Shown here: one piece after another, positions 19,570-25,193 of the stretch | Numbering within the stretch: the first letter of the stretch is position 1 | Layout of the letters: each line of letters starts with the position of its first letter | NCBI GenBank assembly: GCA_965644295.1 | Contig: CBFFRP010000546.1 | Coordinates: 1 to 25,193, forward strand | DNA from: Paraphysomonas bandaiensis | Lineage: Eukaryota > Protista > Chrysophyceae | Reading direction: 5' to 3' | Length of the DNA stretch: 25,193 bases | The notes under the pieces: model-generated | The model's database searches: none | Seen by the model: only the letters and a program-made list of their open reading frames with translations | What the model was told of the DNA's origin: nothing | Program-made: the position numbers and the translations under genes

Positions 19570-19854
19570 ATGAGTGAGTATTTATTAAAGTTGAAAGGTG
19601 AAGTATACAGTATTAGAAAAACGCATATGCCTAAAATTCAGGAAGAGATAAGAAATTTAGACAGAGAAATAGAAGACATGAAAATTACATTATCAGAACT
19701 TCAAAAACAAAAGAAAGAGTTACAAGTAGAGCTATTAAATGAACGGCAATTAATCATATATGAAAATAAGGACGAAGATAAAAGGACTGAATTATTAAGA
19801 AAATATGATTTTCTACACGGTGAATATCGCAGTGATTCTGTAGGATGGAAATAA
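19570..19854 (+). CDS. Hypothetical viral coiled-coil protein (94 aa)
   Basis: Heptad-like IQEEIRNLDREIEDMKITLSELQKQKKELQVEL. Its upstream motif is restored when the LTR element is removed. Confidence 0.75.
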   Translation: MSEYLLKLKGEVYSIRKTHMPKIQEEIRNLDREIEDMKITLSELQKQKKELQVELLNERQLIIYENKDEDKRTELLRKYDFLHGEYRSDSVGWK

Positions 19855-19896
19855 AATATTATAAAAAAATGCAATTGATAAACTGACAAGGTAAAT

Positions 19897-19939
19897 TAAG
19901 GGATAAAAATGCGATAATTGTTCGCAAAATTATCCCTTA
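19897..19939 (+). terminator. Stem-loop downstream of ORF 19570-19854 (candidate transcript 3'-end signal)
   Basis: TAAGGGATAA-AAA-TGCGA-TAATTGT-TCGCA-AAA-TTATCCCTTA forms 10-bp and 5-bp stems with a 3x3 internal loop. Confidence 0.55.
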
Positions 19940-19979
19940 GATATAAAATATATAAATATATTATGTGATATACTTATAT

Positions 19980-20195
19980 ATGGACGGCCTTGAATGGGAA
20001 ATAAACTATGATAATTATGAATTTCCAAAGAAAAATATTATAGACTTGGACAAAGTAATTAACTTAGACACACCAAAATTAAACAGAAATAATAATATAG
20101 ATACAGACATGTTGACTTATGATTTTGCAGAAATAAAAATATCTAATAATGTTAATGGAGAAAATACAGATTGTTCTAAACAGCAAGACAGCTAA
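19980..20195 (+). CDS. Small hypothetical protein (71 aa), overlapping the penton start
   Basis: ATG at 19980 preceded by TATAT; viral-type codon use; short. Confidence 0.5.
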   Translation: MDGLEWEINYDNYEFPKKNIIDLDKVINLDTPKLNRNNNIDTDMLTYDFAEIKISNNVNGENTDCSKQQDS

Positions 20196-20886
20196 TCAAT
20201 ACCTAAATAATAAAACTACTGATTGTATTTTTATATTACCAAAGATAGATGTTAAACGACGTCATAAAGCCTATATATCAGTAATTGACGCCTCTATACC
20301 ATACTCTTTTTATAATGTTAATTCAACCAATAACACACTGAATTATACATTAAATAGTATCTCATATTCACTTACAATTACAAAAGCCAATTATAATATT
20401 AGAACTTTAATAAGTTTTTTACAGTCCAATTTAGAACCAGGATTTACAATAACTTATAACTCATCAACTAATAAATTACAATTTACCCATAGTACTTATG
20501 ATTTTTCTTTTTCAAATACTTCAACCTGTTTTGAATTATTAGGATTTGAAGATAATATACCCTATTATTCAGATTCATTAACATTATTATCAACAATTGG
20601 TATAAATTTATTTACAGTGAGAAACGTTTTAATAGCATCGTCAAATTTCGTTTTAAATAATATAAATAGTGCTACACCTAATAAAGCCTCTATTATTACC
20701 TCTGTCCCTGTTGATGTTAATGCAGGATCCATTATTAATTATAAAAACATTAATAATATTAAGAGCTTAGTACATGATATACATAATATAAATACTTTAC
20801 ATGTCCAATTATTAGACCAAGACGCAGATGTATTGGAATTAAACGGTTTACATTGGTCTTTAAATTTATTATTAACTATTGAATAA
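20149..20886 (+). CDS. Minor capsid protein (penton, single jelly roll) of a Polinton-like virus
   Basis: Recognisable penton-type motifs ISVIDASIPYSFYNVNSTNN, ANYN, ELLGF, IITSVPV and LHVQLLDQD...LNGLHWSLNL. Beta-rich, and located near the major capsid gene. Confidence 0.8.
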   Translation: MLMEKIQIVLNSKTANQYLNNKTTDCIFILPKIDVKRRHKAYISVIDASIPYSFYNVNSTNNTLNYTLNSISYSLTITKANYNIRTLISFLQSNLEPGFTITYNSSTNKLQFTHSTYDFSFSNTSTCFELLGFEDNIPYYSDSLTLLSTIGINLFTVRNVLIASSNFVLNNINSATPNKASIITSVPVDVNAGSIINYKNINNIKSLVHDIHNINTLHVQLLDQDADVLELNGLHWSLNLLLTIE

Positions 20887-20916
20887 AAAATATTTCTCTC
20901 AATATAGTATATATAC

Positions 20917-21357
20917 ATGTCAAAACTAGGCAAAAAGCTAAATCGTAAATTTCGCAAACTAGGTCGTAAGGCCGATCACAGAATACATAAACTAGGACAA
21001 AAAACACACGACGTATTAGACAAGGTCCAACATGGAGTAAATAAAGGACTTGATAAATCAGCAAAGGCAATTAACGCAGCAGATAAAATATTAGGCGTCG
21101 GCGATAAAACTATACACGCTATTAATAAAGCAGGATTAAATACAATGCCCGTTGTTGGATCAGCATCTAGACTATTGGAAGCAGGATTACACGAAGGACA
21201 TAAAGGCGTACATAAGCTACATAAGCTACACAATAAAGCCGACAAACACAGTAAAAAAGCATTTCATAAAGCTCATAATGCAGGTAATAAACTAGAAAAA
21301 CACAACACAAGAAAAGCTTTGGCTAAGTTAACACAAGATGACAGCACATTTATATAA
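20917..21357 (+). CDS. Lys/His-rich basic protein; candidate virion core or membrane-active protein
   Basis: Repeated KLG(K/R/Q)K and HKLHK units, central MPVVG motif, located between penton and major capsid genes. Confidence 0.6.
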   Translation: MSKLGKKLNRKFRKLGRKADHRIHKLGQKTHDVLDKVQHGVNKGLDKSAKAINAADKILGVGDKTIHAINKAGLNTMPVVGSASRLLEAGLHEGHKGVHKLHKLHNKADKHSKKAFHKAHNAGNKLEKHNTRKALAKLTQDDSTFI

Positions 21358-21405
21358 ATTATATTTTATTATACTATAAAAAATATTTATCTATTTATAG
21401 TATAT

Positions 21406-22755
21406 ATGTCAGGATTACCAAAAAACGTATTATATACAAATAATATAAATTCAAGTTATGCGCGTAATTATCAGAATAATATAGCTCCACAAAATGGTTT
21501 GGGGCCATATGGTGCAGGAGAGACCATAATTATTAATGTTCCTACCGGTCGTAATCTCGTAATGTCGGGTGCTGATTCACTTTTAAAATTAAGCTTAATA
21601 GTAAACACAGCAACAACCACGGCGGTTTCAGAATTCGTAAGACTGGATAAAGCCGGTATTCATTCCCTAATTTCTAGAGTGCGAGTATTTCATGGCTCTA
21701 CTTTACTTTCAGATATTCAGAATTATAATAATCTAGTTGGTCAGTTAATGGCTTTGCAACAGTCCAACGACTCTTTTATTAACAAACACACAATTTTATC
21801 AGGAACGGAAAGTTTCAGTGTTGTTAACAGCGCAACAAGCACAAACGAGGGTTTAATTGTTGGTGAAAGACTTAATGAATTCACACAAGTTGCAGATGGG
21901 GGCAGTACAACTAAACGATATTATACAGTACCAATAATGAATTTTTTAAGCTACAGTGATAAATATATCCCACTGTTCGCAATGACTGGAGCGCCTTTAC
22001 GACTAGAAATAGTTCTGGTTAATAATCCATTAGAGGACATTTGTTGCGATAAAGCCATAGATTCAATAGCTATTAATGACGTTGAATATGTTTGTAATTT
22101 TATGGAGTTATCAGATGACGCAATGAATAAAATTAATTTGGCATCAAATGGACCTTTAAGGTGGGTTGTACAAGATTACAGAAATTATTCACATACTGGA
22201 AATATTGCCGCTAACGTTGAACTTAGTGTTCCCGTACCCGCTAAATATAACTCTTTAAGATCTCTATTTTTTAGTATGCGCGATAAACACGCTGGAGAAG
22301 TCACCTATTTCCCTCTGTCATCAAATCATTTCGGTCTAGAGTCATACAGTGTTAGATTAGGTAGTAAGACCGTACCAACTAAAGCACCTAGTTGCCTTCC
22401 TGAATTTTTCGGCGAATTGATCAGAGCAATTGGAAGCGTAAGCGATTTGAATCATGAACCAAGCATTAATATAAATACTTATGATATGCAAGCGTCAGAT
22501 GCTAATACCGAGACAGCAGCCGATTATGACGGGTGTTCAACATCTTCAAACTTTTACTTGGGTTTAGATCTAGAAAGTTACAGCAGCTCAGGTATGGAAA
22601 CAGTATACCAGGGTTATAATTCTAGCACTGACGATATATTTTTTATGCCTCGTTTTTCCTCAAGTGCCCCCACTGTGACCGCACGCATAGATACATACGC
22701 TTATTTTGATCAAGTCATTTTGATTGAAAATGGTTTTGCAACATTGCAATATTAA
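21406..22755 (+). CDS. Major capsid protein (double jelly roll), Polinton-like virus type
   Basis: 449 aa. Motif succession APQNG..YGAGETIIINVP, HSLISRVRVFHGSTLLSDIQNYN, KYIPL, LRLEIVL, SLRSLFF, FYLGLDLE, YFDQVILI matches the PLV capsid pattern. Context with the penton gene supports this. Confidence 0.85.
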   Translation: MSGLPKNVLYTNNINSSYARNYQNNIAPQNGLGPYGAGETIIINVPTGRNLVMSGADSLLKLSLIVNTATTTAVSEFVRLDKAGIHSLISRVRVFHGSTLLSDIQNYNNLVGQLMALQQSNDSFINKHTILSGTESFSVVNSATSTNEGLIVGERLNEFTQVADGGSTTKRYYTVPIMNFLSYSDKYIPLFAMTGAPLRLEIVLVNNPLEDICCDKAIDSIAINDVEYVCNFMELSDDAMNKINLASNGPLRWVVQDYRNYSHTGNIAANVELSVPVPAKYNSLRSLFFSMRDKHAGEVTYFPLSSNHFGLESYSVRLGSKTVPTKAPSCLPEFFGELIRAIGSVSDLNHEPSININTYDMQASDANTETAADYDGCSTSSNFYLGLDLESYSSSGMETVYQGYNSSTDDIFFMPRFSSSAPTVTARIDTYAYFDQVILIENGFATLQY

Positions 22756-22838
22756 ATTTATAAAAAACCTTTAGATTTTTAAAAAAATAAAAAATTAAAA
22801 AATTTATTATTTAAAAAATAATATATATTTGTATATTA

Positions 22839-24398
22839 ATGAGTACAAAAGAGAGTTTTGAAAAGTTTGATTTAGAACACCTTGATAACCTGACTTATGA
22901 ACAGTCAAAAACTTACGTAACAAATTATTTTTTCCCACTTACAAGCGGTGCACATGCATATAGAACAGGACATAAAAAATTTAGCATTATGGAACACAAA
23001 AAAGTTAAAGAAACGTATTTTAACAGAATGGATAAACGGATAGCAAAATATTATTTCACTGAATTTAAAGGGCTTCGTGAAATAGTTTATGAATTAGGTA
23101 AAGGTATATTCCCTGATAAAAAGAAATTAAATTTAGCCGCTCAGTTTGCACATGACTATAAACCATATGAAGACTTTGATGATGAGAGTAAGGAAGGTGT
23201 ACAGGCGTTTTTATCATATATTAAAGAAATATTGGCTTCTAATGATCAGGCACAATATGAATATTTATTAAAGTGGTTTGCCAATATGACAAAGGGTAAT
23301 AAAAATGAATCCATTATATTTTTAAAAGGCCCTCAGGGTATAGGTAAATCAACCATATCCCTATTTATGAATACTTACGTACTTGGCCGTGACCTGTGTT
23401 TAGAGGCTGGCGCGGACGTATTGACATCTAAATTTAATTCAGATCTAGGAGGTAAATTATTTGTATATTTTGAAGAACTGGAAAAACAAAGCAGGGCTGA
23501 TTGGGACGCAATCAATACCAAATTAAAACGATATACGACGAGCGACGTTTATATAATAAATCCAAAGCATGAGTCAACATATCAGGCTACAAATATTAAT
23601 AATTATTTAATTAATGCAAATTATAGTTTAAATGAAGAATGCGGAAGAAGGTATTTTATTTGTGATATTTGTTGTAAAAAACGTAATGACTTAAAATATT
23701 TTGGATGGCTACGTAATCTATGCTTTAATAACGAGGTAGGACATGCTTTTTACTGTTATTTAATGGAATACAACACAGAAAAATTTTATAGTCAAAATTT
23801 TCCTATCACAAAAAACAAGTTAGATGCATACGCCAAGAGATTGGGAAGCGTTGAAATGTTTTTAAAGGATGAATTTGTATTAAAGAGATTGGATATAAAT
23901 AATATACTTGTTAAAGAAATATTTAACCATTATATCCAGTATTGTACTCAAAATAATATTAAACCAGTTAAACATACAATTGATTTTAATAAGGTCATGA
24001 GTGAATTAAATTTTATTCACAAAAAGAATAAAGACAGGCGTAATGTGTACAATGTTACATTGGACGAATTGAATAAAGTTTCTGAATCTTTACATTGGGT
24101 TCATGAATTAGATGAATATGATGATGGCCCTGATGTAGAATATAATATTAAAGATACAATTAAAAAACGTTGCAATACAAATACTGTTACAAGCGCTATT
24201 AAAAAGCTCAGCAATAAAAAAAGCGATAAAACAGATGAAGATACAGATGACGCTGATACAGCGCCCGAATGGGACGATGAAGATGAAGATGAAGATGAAG
24301 ATGAAGATGAAGATGAAGATGATGATGAAGATGAAACACCCCGTGTAAGTCAGAAGACAGTAAAGGATATAATGAAAACTTACGGAATAAATATTTAA
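22839..24398 (+). CDS. Superfamily 3 (D5-like / DUF5906-type) DNA helicase with an acidic tail
   Basis: Walker A LKGPQGIGKST, Walker B FVYFEE, motif C YLINAN, arginine finger GRRYF, and upstream YEYLLKWFA. A winged-helix-like C-terminal region and a (DE)n tract follow. Confidence 0.9.
   Translation: MSTKESFEKFDLEHLDNLTYEQSKTYVTNYFFPLTSGAHAYRTGHKKFSIMEHKKVKETYFNRMDKRIAKYYFTEFKGLREIVYELGKGIFPDKKKLNLAAQFAHDYKPYEDFDDESKEGVQAFLSYIKEILASNDQAQYEYLLKWFANMTKGNKNESIIFLKGPQGIGKSTISLFMNTYVLGRDLCLEAGADVLTSKFNSDLGGKLFVYFEELEKQSRADWDAINTKLKRYTTSDVYIINPKHESTYQATNINNYLINANYSLNEECGRRYFICDICCKKRNDLKYFGWLRNLCFNNEVGHAFYCYLMEYNTEKFYSQNFPITKNKLDAYAKRLGSVEMFLKDEFVLKRLDINNILVKEIFNHYIQYCTQNNIKPVKHTIDFNKVMSELNFIHKKNKDRRNVYNVTLDELNKVSESLHWVHELDEYDDGPDVEYNIKDTIKKRCNTNTVTSAIKKLSNKKSDKTDEDTDDADTAPEWDDEDEDEDEDEDEDEDDDEDETPRVSQKTVKDIMKTYGINI
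24277..24335 (+). repeat. (GATGAA)n microsatellite encoding poly-(Asp-Glu)
   Basis: Tandem GATGAA hexamers within the helicase 3' end. Confidence 0.9.
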
Positions 24399-24447
24399 AA
24401 AAATAAAAAATAATTTATTTAAAAAATTAATATATAAATATATATTA

Positions 24448-24702
24448 ATGAGAGATAAATTTATAGTAGAAGTATATGATAGTAATAATAATCTGATTAC
24501 ATCACAAAACTTTACATCCTATAAGGCAATAGCACAGGAGTACGATATACAATATTCAGAAGCTAGGAAACTTAACGCTTTATGTGAGTCACGTACAACA
24601 TGTAAATACTTACATCCATCATTAAAGCGACTGATTAACAGAATAAAAATTTATGATATTAATAATATAAATAATTATGATATTAAAAAAATAAAAATTT
24701 AA
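24448..24702 (+). CDS. Small hypothetical protein, possibly NUMOD1/HTH-like DNA-binding
   Basis: VEVYDSNNNLITSQNFTSYKAIAQEYDI resembles the beta-hairpin + F-x-S..helix pattern of NUMOD1. Conserved upstream motif present. Confidence 0.6.
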   Translation: MRDKFIVEVYDSNNNLITSQNFTSYKAIAQEYDIQYSEARKLNALCESRTTCKYLHPSLKRLINRIKIYDINNINNYDIKKIKI

Positions 24703-24734
24703 TTATTTAAAAAATTAATATATAGTATATATTA

Positions 24735-25067
24735 ATGGACAAATATAAGTTTTATAAGATTGATGAGAAGGACTTTAAAAACTCAGTTGAAATTACGACC
24801 AGATTCAGACACAGAAAAAAAGGTAAAGAATTAGACGTTCCTGATATGCACTTTTTATATAATATGATTGAGGAAAACTTACCAGAAGATGCCAATATAA
24901 TGGTTAGAGCGTTAAATGGTCACAGATACTTTACATTTAAAGGGTATACTAGTTACCATCTGAACGTTCAGGATTTTGATGACTATTATAAAAGCTCAGT
25001 CAAGAATACTGAGAAATTTGAGAAGTTTGAATTTATTGATATAACGGTGTTCATGTCTACGACATGA
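24735..25067 (+). CDS. Hypothetical viral protein (110 aa)
   Basis: ATG-initiated ORF preceded by ATTTAAAAAATTAATATATAGTATATATTA. Confidence 0.75.
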   Translation: MDKYKFYKIDEKDFKNSVEITTRFRHRKKGKELDVPDMHFLYNMIEENLPEDANIMVRALNGHRYFTFKGYTSYHLNVQDFDDYYKSSVKNTEKFEKFEFIDITVFMSTT

Positions 25068-25068
25068 T

Positions 25069-25133
25069 CCATACGTTAACTCCTGTATTTCTTTCAAAAT
25101 GAAAGAAACCATACGTAAAACTCCTGTATTTCT
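25069..25133. repeat. ~24-bp intergenic direct repeat (2 copies)
   Basis: CCATACGT(T/AA)AACTCCTGTATTTCT at 25069 and 25109. Confidence 0.85.
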
Positions 25134-25168
25134 CACAAAATAATTAATTAAAAAATTAAAAAATTAAA

Positions 25169-25193
25169 TATTTAAAAAATAATATATAGTATA
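25169..25193 (+). promoter_or_regulatory. Upstream motif of the next viral gene (beyond the window)
   Basis: ATTTAAAAAATAATATATAGTATA has the same form as the blocks before 22839, 24448 and 24735. Confidence 0.6.

Larger units (their letters stand above)
15580..25193 (+). mobile_element. Endogenous Polinton-like virus (left part; continues beyond the window)
   Basis: Abrupt shift to very AT-rich DNA. Dense, co-oriented, intronless ORFs including penton-like, major-capsid-like and SF3 helicase genes. Shared upstream motifs. (AC)n(AG)nG10 sequence at the left edge. Confidence 0.85.

Noticed and set aside
15580-25193. Bacteriophage/prophage or canonical virophage (Lavidaviridae) call
   Set aside because: No Shine-Dalgarno pattern or tailed-phage genes. 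The capsid size and motifs look PLV-like rather than like the ~600-aa virophage capsid. A final assignment needs a phylogeny.

Overview
Eukaryotic (probably protist; inference) DNA built almost entirely of nested mobile elements. From left to right: (1) the 3' remnant of a Ty3/Gypsy element (pol tail, PPT, LTR start). (2) A decayed ~4.6-kb TIR DNA transposon (1054-5669) carrying a frameshifted HTHEDID-type (DUF7869/Sola-like) transposase. (3) A Copia-like gag ORF split in two by (4) a recent, near-intact 8.5-kb chromodomain Ty3/Gypsy LTR retrotransposon (6629-15128, minus strand). This element has several non-canonical traits: CCCH-finger Gag, in-frame UGA between gag and pol, RT motif IFDN, no tRNA PBS and apparent TG..TA ends. 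(5) From ~15580 to the window end, an AT-rich endogenous Polinton-like virus (penton, basic core-like protein, double-jelly-roll major capsid protein, SF3 helicase, small ORFs, shared promoter motifs). (6) The virus is itself interrupted by a 2.9-kb non-autonomous LTR element with 185-bp AGTT..AACT LTRs, a tRNA-iMet PBS and a 5-bp TSD, inserted 1 bp upstream of a viral start codon. Protein family calls come from motif recognition by eye, not from database searches.
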